A stretch of DNA of 32,017 nt from a virus: the IMG/VR virus record IMGVR_UViG_3300010049_000008, positions 1 to 32,017 of that record; one strand, given 5' to 3'. Positions within the stretch are counted from its first letter, which is position 1. Each line of letters begins with the position of its first letter. This document shows, piece by piece, positions 13,940 to 20,863 of this stretch. The notes beneath the pieces are model-generated. The model did no database searches, was not told the DNA's origin, and was given only the letters and a program-made list of their open reading frames with translations. A program made the position numbers and the translations under genes.

Positions 13940-14224
13940 TTACATTTGACTTTGTAACAACGCTAAACGGTTCGCTACCGACTGTTTACTTACCAGATGC
14001 GGGTTGGGTAAGTCGGCTTGGATGTTAGGCAGTGGAATGTTAGGTTTCTTTGCCAGTGCTTGAATTAAGGGTGCGTCTAAGGCGGCTTGTGCATTGAAAT
14101 TGTCGCCAAAAGCATGGAATATTCCTTCTTGATTGAGTGGGTTAAGTATGCATTTGTTACAGTTTCGATTAGATTTATAGGTGCATATGTCGCAGGTGCC
14201 TGCTGTTGGTTTAGGAGTTGACAT
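13940..14224 (-). CDS. 94-aa Cys-rich protein (MSTPKPTAGTCDICTYKSNRNCNKC...)
   Basis: Track ORF 13940..14323 trimmed to ATG 14224, downstream of the capsid stop at 14271. The first 18 nt are 17/18 identical to the start of the chaperone gene. Confidence 0.5.
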   Translation of the reverse strand: MSTPKPTAGTCDICTYKSNRNCNKCILNPLNQEGIFHAFGDNFNAQAALDAPLIQALAKKPNIPLPNIQADLPNPHLVSKQSVANRLALLQSQM

Positions 14225-14256
14225 CAGAAAAATAAAAGGTTGAATGAAATAAAAAG
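14225..14256 (-). promoter_or_regulatory. CTTTTTATTTC box 32 nt upstream of ATG 14224 (possible leaderless or short-leader promoter)
   Basis: The minus strand reads CTTTTTATTTCATTCAACCTTTTATTTTTCTG-ATG. The box and spacing match those upstream of the chaperone gene. Confidence 0.35.
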
Positions 14257-14270
14257 ATTGTGGTAGACTG

Positions 14271-15317
14271 TTAACCAGTCTGTAGAAGTGTGACAGCTTC
14301 AGCAACGATTTTAGCGGGTGCACCGATAACGCTGGTGGTAACGTAAAAGCCTACATCTACTCCCCATCGTGTCATTTCACTGGATACGTCGCGGATTTGG
14401 GCCCATCCAATAGCCTCGTCAGCTTGCAATACTGCGCCAAGATTTGCGCCAGAGGTTGCAGGTGCGGTTGGAGCATATACAGCATCACTGAATATTTTCA
14501 TACCGAAGATTTCAGAGATTGCGCCAGACTTCACATAGCTATCCAATGCACTGGTAAATTGCACAGAGGTGATGTTGTTCATGATAAACGGATAGAATCC
14601 GAATGCACCTGTAGCATCGACTGGGAAGGTTTGGAATACATCAGCACGAAAACGTTGTCTTTCAACTTGGCCTCTTGCGGCAAGTAGATTGGCAAAGGTA
14701 TAGTTTGCGCCTGCGGCTGTGGTTTGAATGTTGGTGTTAGCGTTTGGTGTTGCGGTTGTGGTGTCGTTTACTGCGGCATAGATGTTAGCGTTTATTGCGG
14801 CATTCAACACGTTGCCGTGCAGGACACCGACAGTCTGAGCCAAGTTATAAGCCAATTGACGTTGCAGTTTGTCTTCGATGAAGGTGCTGACTGGTAGAGT
14901 GACGGTTTTTGCTTGAATTTCATATAGTGAGAGGTTTAGGGGTGCTACACCATTTGGGGGCATGGTGCCTTGTCCGTTATAGGGTTGAACTGCAGTGCCG
15001 CCTAAGCTGAGTGGTAGCCAGCCTGCTGGGGGTTTCGCGTATTGCCAGCCATAATTCACACCAGTGCCCTCGGGCATGAGTTCTGTTCGGCAGTAGGCGC
15101 GTGCGTCGATGAGTGTGGCGAGTTGGACTGCGGCGCGTGCGGCAACCATGTATGGGAATGCGGCACCGGGAGTTTGAGTGTTCATTTGTTTAATTGGTGC
15201 GATCATGGGGTTTGCGGCGTCTGTTACAAGCATGGAACCATATTTTTCGGCGAGTGTGTCAAAGGATTGCTCTATTTTTTTAGACCATGGATATTGTTTA
15301 ATGTTTCTTTGACTCAT
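14271..15317 (-). CDS. Major capsid protein (HK97-fold expected), 348 aa
   Basis: Immediately downstream of the protease-scaffold gene, with size typical of a delta-domain-less MCP and its own TTTTTTAACTTC promoter. The call rests on position and composition. Confidence 0.75.
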   Translation of the reverse strand: MSQRNIKQYPWSKKIEQSFDTLAEKYGSMLVTDAANPMIAPIKQMNTQTPGAAFPYMVAARAAVQLATLIDARAYCRTELMPEGTGVNYGWQYAKPPAGWLPLSLGGTAVQPYNGQGTMPPNGVAPLNLSLYEIQAKTVTLPVSTFIEDKLQRQLAYNLAQTVGVLHGNVLNAAINANIYAAVNDTTTATPNANTNIQTTAAGANYTFANLLAARGQVERQRFRADVFQTFPVDATGAFGFYPFIMNNITSVQFTSALDSYVKSGAISEIFGMKIFSDAVYAPTAPATSGANLGAVLQADEAIGWAQIRDVSSEMTRWGVDVGFYVTTSVIGAPAKIVAEAVTLLQTG

Positions 15318-15363
15318 AATAGTTTTTCACTACATAAGAATGAGAGACCAGAAGTTAAAAAAG
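15318..15363 (-). promoter_or_regulatory. Late-type promoter: TTTTTTAACTTC box 45 nt upstream of the capsid ATG
   Basis: The minus strand reads CTTTTTTAACTTCTGGTCTCTCATTCTTATGTAGTGAAAAACTATT-ATG. Confidence 0.5.
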
Positions 15364-15396
15364 AAAAAATAAGCTGAGAAAAACAGCTAAGAAAGG

Positions 15397-16698
15397 TTAG
15401 GGGTTGGCACCCATTAGGGCCGCCATAACTGCACCAATATCCCCATTATACTGGATGAGGAGTTCACGTGCATTCTGTTCTACACCGCGTGCCCGCTTAA
15501 CATTGGGGCCTGACCCGGTTTCTGCTGTTGGGCTGGTTTGTTTAGCATCGGTTCGGGTGGGGACTAAGTCAGGGTTCGCGTTTGGTATGGTGCCCGCATC
15601 TGCGCCCGCTTCAACTTGTTTAGCTTGCTCGTATCCACCGGTGTTGGGGCCGCCCATAGTTGGAGGACAAGTAACATTAGCGGGAGTCCAAGTACCCTCC
15701 TGATATTTACCACGGAATTTACGTTCAGCCGCCATAAGAATCTCTTGGGGTGTACGGTTCTGTTTTAGCGACTCTTCTTGTTCTTCTTCCTCTTCACCTT
15801 CGCCCTCTTCCCCCTCTTCTTCTTCGGTTTCAACTTCTACAGTAGTGATGTTGACTTCGACAGATTCTTTAGGTTTTTTCTTCTCTTTCTTTTGCTTCTC
15901 CTCTTCCTCTTCTTCCTCGTCTTTGTCGTCCGCTTCTTCTTCCTCCTCCTCTTCATCTTTAGCTTCTTCTTTGGATTTCTTTTTCTTAGCGGCCTCTTTA
16001 GATTTCTTGGTTTTGGTTTCTTCTTCTTCTTCTTCTTCTTCTTCTTCTTCTTCTTCTTCTTTGGCGGCTTGTTTTAGGGGTTTGCATGTTGGGCATCCGC
16101 ATTCTGCGACGTGTACGGGTTGGAGTTTAGCCATCATAGCTTCCAATATTTTTAGTTTCGCGTCAAAAGTTTCATCTATACGTTTCATGGCTGATTCATA
16201 TATGCGAGTTGATTTTTCGCTGTCTCTGAGGCTTTGGGTGATACGTGATATTTCAGTCATGGCCGCCTGTTCAATTGCCGGGAAAGGTGTGATGCTTAAT
16301 TCTTCGGGGTTGAATTCGATAATCATTTCTTTCCCGTCTGCGGTTAGTACCATTGGGCCGTTACCGCCGACAGAAACACCCATCAACATTTTAGGCTTAC
16401 CGTTCTCGCCGCTCATTTTTTCGAAAAGGGATTCGTGAAGCAAGCCGCGGCCAGACAACCAAAGACCATCAACAGTTTGACCCAACGCATTTTTTCCTGT
16501 ACCATATTCTGCGGATTCCACAACACCCGCAACATCACGAGACCCAAAGCCGTGGTCTAACATGAGGGGTTTTCCGGGGTACTTTGGTGCGGCGTCCATT
16601 AATGTTTTTTCGTTCCAGATATAGCCGTTGCGCGACTCGGTTGGGTAAGCCGCGAAAGCTTTCCAATTGAAATATGCATTACCTTGTTTATCTGCCAT
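15397..16698 (-). CDS. Prohead protease (HK97 / S78-like) fused to a coiled-coil and highly acidic scaffold domain, 433 aa
   Basis: PLMLDHGFGSRDVAGVV, LMGVSVGG and EELSITPFPAIEQA match the landmarks of HK97-family prohead proteases. A coiled coil and a ~100-aa Glu/Lys tract follow. Confidence 0.8.
   Translation of the reverse strand: MADKQGNAYFNWKAFAAYPTESRNGYIWNEKTLMDAAPKYPGKPLMLDHGFGSRDVAGVVESAEYGTGKNALGQTVDGLWLSGRGLLHESLFEKMSGENGKPKMLMGVSVGGNGPMVLTADGKEMIIEFNPEELSITPFPAIEQAAMTEISRITQSLRDSEKSTRIYESAMKRIDETFDAKLKILEAMMAKLQPVHVAECGCPTCKPLKQAAKEEEEEEEEEEEEEETKTKKSKEAAKKKKSKEEAKDEEEEEEEADDKDEEEEEEEKQKKEKKKPKESVEVNITTVEVETEEEEGEEGEGEEEEEQEESLKQNRTPQEILMAAERKFRGKYQEGTWTPANVTCPPTMGGPNTGGYEQAKQVEAGADAGTIPNANPDLVPTRTDAKQTSPTAETGSGPNVKRARGVEQNARELLIQYNGDIGAVMAALMGANP
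16018..16059 (-). repeat. Perfect (GAA)14 trinucleotide microsatellite inside the scaffold domain
   Basis: The plus strand reads ttc x14 without interruption and encodes a poly-Glu run. Further imperfect GAA/GAG/AAG runs extend down to about 15770. Confidence 0.9.
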
Positions 16699-16741
16699 TA
16701 TGAATTCACAATAAAAATAAGAGGTTGGGAAGTTTAAAAAG
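16699..16741 (-). promoter_or_regulatory. Late-type promoter: TTTTTAAACTTC box 42 nt upstream of the protease-scaffold ATG
   Basis: The minus strand reads CTTTTTAAACTTCCCAACCTCTTATTTTTATTGTGAATTCATA-ATG. It shares CTTATTT..GTGAAT with the tail tube promoter. Confidence 0.5.
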
Positions 16742-16756
16742 AAAAGAAATTAAGAG

Positions 16757-17290
16757 TTAGAATGTGTCTAATAGGTTCTGAATATCCGACCAATTCACAA
16801 CTTGTACTGCAGTCACTTCTACCGCTTTAGGATATTTGGCTAATACCGCGTTTTTAGCTTCTTCGAGCGTCATCCCCATTTTGTATTCAGTGAGTATATA
16901 GTATCCGAAAAGTTTCTTGATTCGGCAGGTGACTTCTATACATACATCCAAATTTGCTATTGTGTCTTTGAACTGTGTTAAGCGTTTTTGGATTTCAAGT
17001 AGCCCGGTGATTTGGGTTTCTAATTCTGTTATTTTTTCTGTTGCTTGGCTGTATAGTATGGCGTTTGGACATTCGGGTTTTTCATTGATGGCTTCAGTAT
17101 ATATTTTTGGAGGTAAGGTTTTTCGGTAGGGATATTTATGGTTTTTAATGCGACTTATAAGAGTTGAGCTTATTTTCACGTTCCAAAGTTTCATAATTTG
17201 ACTTTGGATACCGTATATTGGTTTATTTTTGTTTTTTGGGAATTGGATATAGTTTATAATTTCGGGGGTTAACTTTTTGTTTGCAACCAT
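16757..17290 (-). CDS. HTH DNA-binding protein, 177 aa
   Basis: The N-terminus LTPEIINYIQ...GIQSQIMKLWNVKISSTLISRIK looks like a resolvase/transposase-type helix-turn-helix, with a coiled-coil middle. No catalytic motif seen. Confidence 0.55.
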   Translation of the reverse strand: MVANKKLTPEIINYIQFPKNKNKPIYGIQSQIMKLWNVKISSTLISRIKNHKYPYRKTLPPKIYTEAINEKPECPNAILYSQATEKITELETQITGLLEIQKRLTQFKDTIANLDVCIEVTCRIKKLFGYYILTEYKMGMTLEEAKNAVLAKYPKAVEVTAVQVVNWSDIQNLLDTF

Positions 17291-17399
17291 GTTGATTACC
17301 TAAACCAAACTTAACGCGATACTCATACATAAGCATTATGATACCCAACACAATAATAAAGAAAGAAAAGAGTAAATTAAACAGGAGGTCGTAGTTCAT
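17223..17399 (-). CDS. 58-aa ORF with one hydrophobic helix (MNYDLLFNLLFSFFIIVLGIIMLMYEY...)
   Basis: Hand-translated and below the cutoff. Its 3' third overlaps gene 16757..17290 in another frame, which lowers confidence. Confidence 0.25.
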   Translation of the reverse strand: MNYDLLFNLLFSFFIIVLGIIMLMYEYRVKFGLGNQHGCKQKVNPRNYKLYPIPKKQK

Positions 17400-17489
17400 G
17401 ATATCCTACTCCGTCGTCCAGTAACTCACCGTCTTGCCGTCTCTTAATCTGCGCAAGTAACCGTTGTTGTTTTCTTTTTCGATTAGGGT

Positions 17490-17636
17490 TCACTGTTTTG
17501 CGGCCCGTTTCGGTTTCCCACCCTTCCAATGTGATTCTTCAGGTACACCGGGGTTACACTCATTACAGATATACTCATATTCTTCATCTGTAGAGGTGAG
17601 GTAGCGAAATATGCAGGTGTGGCAGTTTTCACCCAT
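17490..17636 (-). CDS. 48-aa zinc-ribbon micro-protein (MGENCHTCIFRYLTSTDEEYEYICNECNPGVPEESHWKGGKPKRAAKQ)
   Basis: Hand-translated. CxxC(16)CxxC pattern. Its ATG overlaps the upstream stop (ATGGGTGA). It displaces track ORF 17483..17671, which lies in another frame. Confidence 0.5.
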   Translation of the reverse strand: MGENCHTCIFRYLTSTDEEYEYICNECNPGVPEESHWKGGKPKRAAKQ

Positions 17637-17808
17637 TTAGTTTGAACCTTCCTTGTCGCATTAGTTTCCACGTGTTTATTTGGGTTTGCCAGCAGGTACG
17701 GTACATTTCTCCATCAGGCCCTACCTCTAATTTACAGTGGTTGCAGACGCAAGTAGAGGGGCGGGTGTCGAGTTTTTCATTTTTGCAGTTATGGCATGAG
17801 GCTAACAT
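17629..17808 (-). CDS. 59-aa zinc-ribbon micro-protein (MLASCHNCKNEKLDTRPSTCVCNHCKLEVGPDGEMYRTCW...)
   Basis: Hand-translated codon by codon, one residue below the track cutoff. CxxC...CxCxxC pattern. Its ATG overlaps the upstream TAG (ATGTTAG). Confidence 0.55.
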   Translation of the reverse strand: MLASCHNCKNEKLDTRPSTCVCNHCKLEVGPDGEMYRTCWQTQINTWKLMRQGRFKLNG

Positions 17809-18095
17809 GTGTGTTCATCCGCTCTTAGTTTCTGCGGGCAACGTGTCCATATGGCTGGGTTGGCGAAGCATCCGGGTGTACAACTGGTTCTTTGGGTTTC
17901 TGCATTACATTGTCTGATAATTCGGAATTGTGCGGGGTTCATGCGGCCGGCGTAGGGACAATAGTTTTGAGTGTTCTCTTCTTCATCGTTGACGGGTTTG
18001 CGGTTGGGTGGGGGAAGAATAGATTCTACTCCCCGTTCAGTTTGTTGTTTTAGTTCGAAGGTTTTGAAGGTGTTGCGTGGGTCAGAGGTAGTCAT
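17802..18095 (-). CDS. 97-aa Cys-containing protein (MTTSDPRNTFKTFELKQQ...)
   Basis: Track ORF 17802..18137 (GTG start) trimmed to ATG 18095, which overlaps the end of the upstream 38-aa ORF. Confidence 0.5.
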   Translation of the reverse strand: MTTSDPRNTFKTFELKQQTERGVESILPPPNRKPVNDEEENTQNYCPYAGRMNPAQFRIIRQCNAETQRTSCTPGCFANPAIWTRCPQKLRADEHTC

Positions 18096-18198
18096 TGGGT
18101 CGGGCCTCGAATTGAGATTTTCGGAAACAGCATTCACAGCGAAATTGACTTAGTTGATGGTGTTTGCAGTTAGCACAAGTTTTAGCTGTGTCGGTCAA
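18082..18198 (-). CDS. 38-aa zinc-ribbon micro-protein, TTG start (MTDTAKTCANCKHHQLSQFRCECCFRKSQFEARPNDYL)
   Basis: Hand-translated. GAGGAA 6 nt upstream, the TTG overlaps the upstream TGA (TTGA), and the pattern is CxxC...CxCC. Confidence 0.4.
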   Translation of the reverse strand: MTDTAKTCANCKHHQLSQFRCECCFRKSQFEARPNDYL

Positions 18199-18392
18199 GG
18201 GGGGTTCCTCGTGTATATGCTGGCGGTTTGGTAGGTTCCGTTTAGGAAGTTGTTGAGGTGTTCTTTTTTTATGTATCCGATGCCTTTGTATTTTCCTGTT
18301 TGTGGGTCTTTCATTACTACGTTTATGTAGCTGTTGTTGGTTTGGTTTTGGCTGATGAATCCTATTCCGTCACTTTTAGTTTGGTTACTCAT
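18195..18392 (-). CDS. Hypothetical protein, 65 aa
   Basis: Track ORF with ATGA-type 4-nt overlap to the upstream gene at 18389..18392. Confidence 0.55.
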   Translation of the reverse strand: MSNQTKSDGIGFISQNQTNNSYINVVMKDPQTGKYKGIGYIKKEHLNNFLNGTYQTASIYTRNPP

Positions 18393-18739
18393 GTTGTTAT
18401 CTCACCTTCACATAACTTATGTAGTTTTCGTATAGATTGCGCTACACTGTGGTCAACCAGTTTTAGGCGTTTTTCAGCATCACGGTTTCCCGTGGTGATG
18501 TTGAGCCACTCCGAACCTAAGAGAAATACGTGTCCCATTTCTAAGGCTAAGTTTTTTTCAGATGCTTCGACCTTATCATTTGTGGAGGCATATTTTATGG
18601 CGCGGATGTAGTGTGATACTGCTAAGGCCGCTTCGGTTAATTCTTCTTGCAAGCGTTCTAAGCGTTCTACTTCCGTATATTTAGCGGTTACCGCAAATAA
18701 TACGTTTATTTCAGGTAAACTGTTTATTATTTTTACCAT
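18389..18739 (-). CDS. Hypothetical all-helical protein, 116 aa; weak MazG-like NTP-pyrophosphohydrolase resemblance
   Basis: LQEELTEAALA (EExxE) followed by LALEMGHVFLL resembles the two-helix metal-binding pattern of MazG-like proteins. The second motif has His where Asp is usual, so this is tentative. Confidence 0.3.
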   Translation of the reverse strand: MVKIINSLPEINVLFAVTAKYTEVERLERLQEELTEAALAVSHYIRAIKYASTNDKVEASEKNLALEMGHVFLLGSEWLNITTGNRDAEKRLKLVDHSVAQSIRKLHKLCEGEITT

Positions 18740-19626
18740 TAAGTTTCATTCTCCTCTCTTAATTCATCTATACATATCTGGCAGAAACAACCTCCTCCTA
18801 CAACAGGCTGGTTGTGGATTTGGCACCATTTCGCTGGGTTCTTCATGTCCTCGGCTGTGGGGATTTGGGGTGCGCCTTTATCGTGTTCGAGGCAGTCAGG
18901 GCGTACTTTAGGTGTTTCTTTTCCATAGAATGATTGGTTTTGTTCTTCGGTGTTTCCGGGGGGCTGAATATTGGGTGTTGTGGTGGCTACGGTGTCTTTT
19001 GTCCATGTTTCTTCTGCACGTTTATATTGCTCTACTACTTTGGCAGGGGCTTGTTTGGCGGGTATTTTGTAATCAGCTAATGTTTTTTTTGGGTTGTAGG
19101 TTGCGGGTGGTGTGGCTTCGGGTTCAGACTGAGATTCAGCAGTAGGGGCGGGAGTTGTTACGGTGATGTCGTCGGGGTTGAGGTGCATAATGTTTTCTTC
19201 CTGTTTCAGATAAGCGTTAATCATAGATGCTATGAAGTCTGCGGGAAGAATCTTCATAAAAGCATTTCGCTCAGCCTTATTCACACATTGTTCAAATGCG
19301 AAGGGTTTATGTTTCTCCTGTTCCTTAGCGCCTAACACGTCAATGTTGTTTTCGCCGTCATGTATCTGTACTATTACGCGGTAGGTTTTTTCTGTTTCTA
19401 AGAATTGGTGGCTGGTGATGGTTACGTTTTTGCGGCGTCGTATGACTTCTTTTACACCGGCGTAGCTTAGGCATGATACTTCTCGGCCTCCTTGTTTTAT
19501 GACGTATACGTATTTTTTTAGGAGGTGGGTTTGTCCTTCCATTTCGGCCAAGATTTGTGCGTCATCTTGTCGGTCAAAGGTTTGGCAGTCTTGGGTTGTG
19601 GGTTTGTTTGTTAATTCGGTTGTCAT
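18739..19626 (-). CDS. 295-aa protein of unknown function; possible DNA-metabolism role
   Basis: A globular N-terminal ~150 aa (..LSYAGVKEV..., ..CVNKAERNAFMKILP..), a Thr/Pro/Glu-rich linker, and a C-terminal CQIH...CFCQIC knuckle. The largest non-structural gene. I could not place it in a family. Confidence 0.6.
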   Translation of the reverse strand: MTTELTNKPTTQDCQTFDRQDDAQILAEMEGQTHLLKKYVYVIKQGGREVSCLSYAGVKEVIRRRKNVTITSHQFLETEKTYRVIVQIHDGENNIDVLGAKEQEKHKPFAFEQCVNKAERNAFMKILPADFIASMINAYLKQEENIMHLNPDDITVTTPAPTAESQSEPEATPPATYNPKKTLADYKIPAKQAPAKVVEQYKRAEETWTKDTVATTTPNIQPPGNTEEQNQSFYGKETPKVRPDCLEHDKGAPQIPTAEDMKNPAKWCQIHNQPVVGGGCFCQICIDELREENET

Positions 19627-19691
19627 GTTTTCACATTCATCATGTTGTTTAATTTTATGTGATGTTTACAGTGTTTGTTGTGGTATTTAAA
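19627..19691 (-). promoter_or_regulatory. Promoter cassette P8 with micro-uORF: TTTAAATAC-N12-cTGTAAACAT-N9-TTAAACAAC-ATGATGAATGTGAAAACATGA
   Basis: TATA-like box at 19683..19691 (minus strand) and a 9/10 copy of the operator at 19662..19670. AACAACATG opens a 6-codon uORF whose TGA overlaps the gene ATG at 19626. Confidence 0.45.
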
Positions 19692-19762
19692 CCTTGCACT
19701 TACATAACCGCTTACATAACTGGTATAGTTTTTATTATGTCGTGCACCAGTTTACCAATAGT

Positions 19763-19809
19763 TTTATATATTCGTTTGCTATATGTAAACATATAGGAAG
19801 AACAACAAC
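19763..19809 (+). promoter_or_regulatory. Promoter cassette P5: TTTATATA-N8-CTATATGTAAACATATAG-GAAGAACAACAAC-ATG
   Basis: TATA octamer at 19763..19770, 18-nt palindrome at 19779..19796 (8-nt arms), and ATGTAAACAT at +21..+30 from the TATA start. Divergent from P8. Confidence 0.5.
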
Positions 19810-20007
19810 ATGACCACACAAATAACCAAAGAACGTAAAATTGAATTAATTGCACAAGCTGAAAATATTCATCGACAAGCCTTCAAACTATACTGTGACT
19901 TAGGAGAGGCAGAGGTTGGAGTTAAAATTGACAGCCAAGTTGCAAAAATCAGCCAACTTTTAAATAAAATTGTTAAAGACCTGAAAGCTCTGGAAGTTAA
20001 TAAATGA
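19810..20007 (+). CDS. 65-aa helical protein; first gene of a plus-strand island
   Basis: Track ORF with AACAACATG start context and its own promoter. Confidence 0.6.
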   Translation: MTTQITKERKIELIAQAENIHRQAFKLYCDLGEAEVGVKIDSQVAKISQLLNKIVKDLKALEVNK

Positions 20008-20144
20008 CCCTAACAGAACTTAACACCCTTTTCCAACAATATGAAGCCAAAATAGAAAAAGAATACACAGGATACCAGAAAGACCTGCAGAAACAGAGTT
20101 TAGCACGCTGGTTCTACGCCGAAAAAAAGAAGCTGGGACTCTAA
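20004..20144 (+). CDS. 46-aa helical micro-protein (MTLTELNTLFQQYEAKIEKEYTGYQKDLQKQSLARWFYAEKKKLGL)
   Basis: Hand-translated. ATGA overlap with the upstream stop. Its TAA is interleaved with the stop of the convergent gene 20141..20863. Confidence 0.45.
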   Translation: MTLTELNTLFQQYEAKIEKEYTGYQKDLQKQSLARWFYAEKKKLGL

Positions 20145-20863
20145 GCCTCCATATCTTCCGGCTTAACATCTTTGGGCACCCGCAACAGCGGCCCCCGCTC
20201 AGGTGTTACCAATCCAGTGTCTTCGGGGCTGTTCTGCTTAGAGGGCGTGTTTCCTTTCGGGAAAGTTTTTCTTGTACCGTAGGGAGACTCCACATCAATC
20301 CTATTAAGTTTAACCCACTTCTTGAACATGTATTCTCCGTGAGCAATGGTTTCGCCGTTGAAAACTGCTTGTTTCTGAAACGCTTTCTGAATCCGCTTAA
20401 TATCATCACTATAAGTTTTACGCTGATGTATTTTATTTGAGAAAGAGTAATCACCGGGGTTTTTCTTAATCAAGTCTATTTCTGGAGTTTTTAGTGGGTC
20501 AGGAGGTGAGAGACTGCCCCAATCGAAGCTGTAGGGGTCAAGGTCTTCGGCAGGTTCCAATAATTTCGCTAAGCTGTCCGGGGTATATTCTCCCGCTTTC
20601 ACCACAAGCATGCAACGGTCGTGAGGATGTACCATTGGGAATATAAGTTCATCATCATGCTCAATCTTTTCGGGGAACTGCCCATTCACTTCCATCATCG
20701 ACATAATTGATGCGTTGTATTGTTCACAATCTTCACAAGTCTTTTCATCCGCTACAGCAACATACATCCACCAGCGGGAAGCCTGCACAATCCCCCGTAA
20801 CTGCAAGATTTTCAATTGGTCGCTGACTCGAAAAGCCATAAAGGGAGGGAGAACTGATGACAT
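20141..20863 (-). CDS. Minor head / head morphogenesis protein (Mu F / SPP1 gp7-like domain), 240 aa
   Basis: VADEKTCEDCEQYN ... FPMVHPHDRCML fits the D-x-x-T-C-x-x-C ... HP-x-x-R-C signature of the Mu F family. Immediately follows the portal with TAATG overlap. Confidence 0.7.
   Translation of the reverse strand: MSSVLPPFMAFRVSDQLKILQLRGIVQASRWWMYVAVADEKTCEDCEQYNASIMSMMEVNGQFPEKIEHDDELIFPMVHPHDRCMLVVKAGEYTPDSLAKLLEPAEDLDPYSFDWGSLSPPDPLKTPEIDLIKKNPGDYSFSNKIHQRKTYSDDIKRIQKAFQKQAVFNGETIAHGEYMFKKWVKLNRIDVESPYGTRKTFPKGNTPSKQNSPEDTGLVTPERGPLLRVPKDVKPEDMEA

Noticed and set aside
15778-16438. Plus-strand ORFs 15778..16077 and 15845..16438 (poly-Phe / poly-Ser proteins)
   Set aside because: These are antisense shadows of the GAA/GAG-rich scaffold tract of gene 15397..16698 and consist of low-complexity artefacts.
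17483-18153. Track ORFs 17483..17671 (-), 17642..17917 (+) and 17971..18153 (+)
   Set aside because: They conflict with a chain of minus-strand zinc-ribbon micro-ORFs linked by stop/start overlaps, have no Cys pattern or coupling, and the plus-strand ones are antisense shadows.
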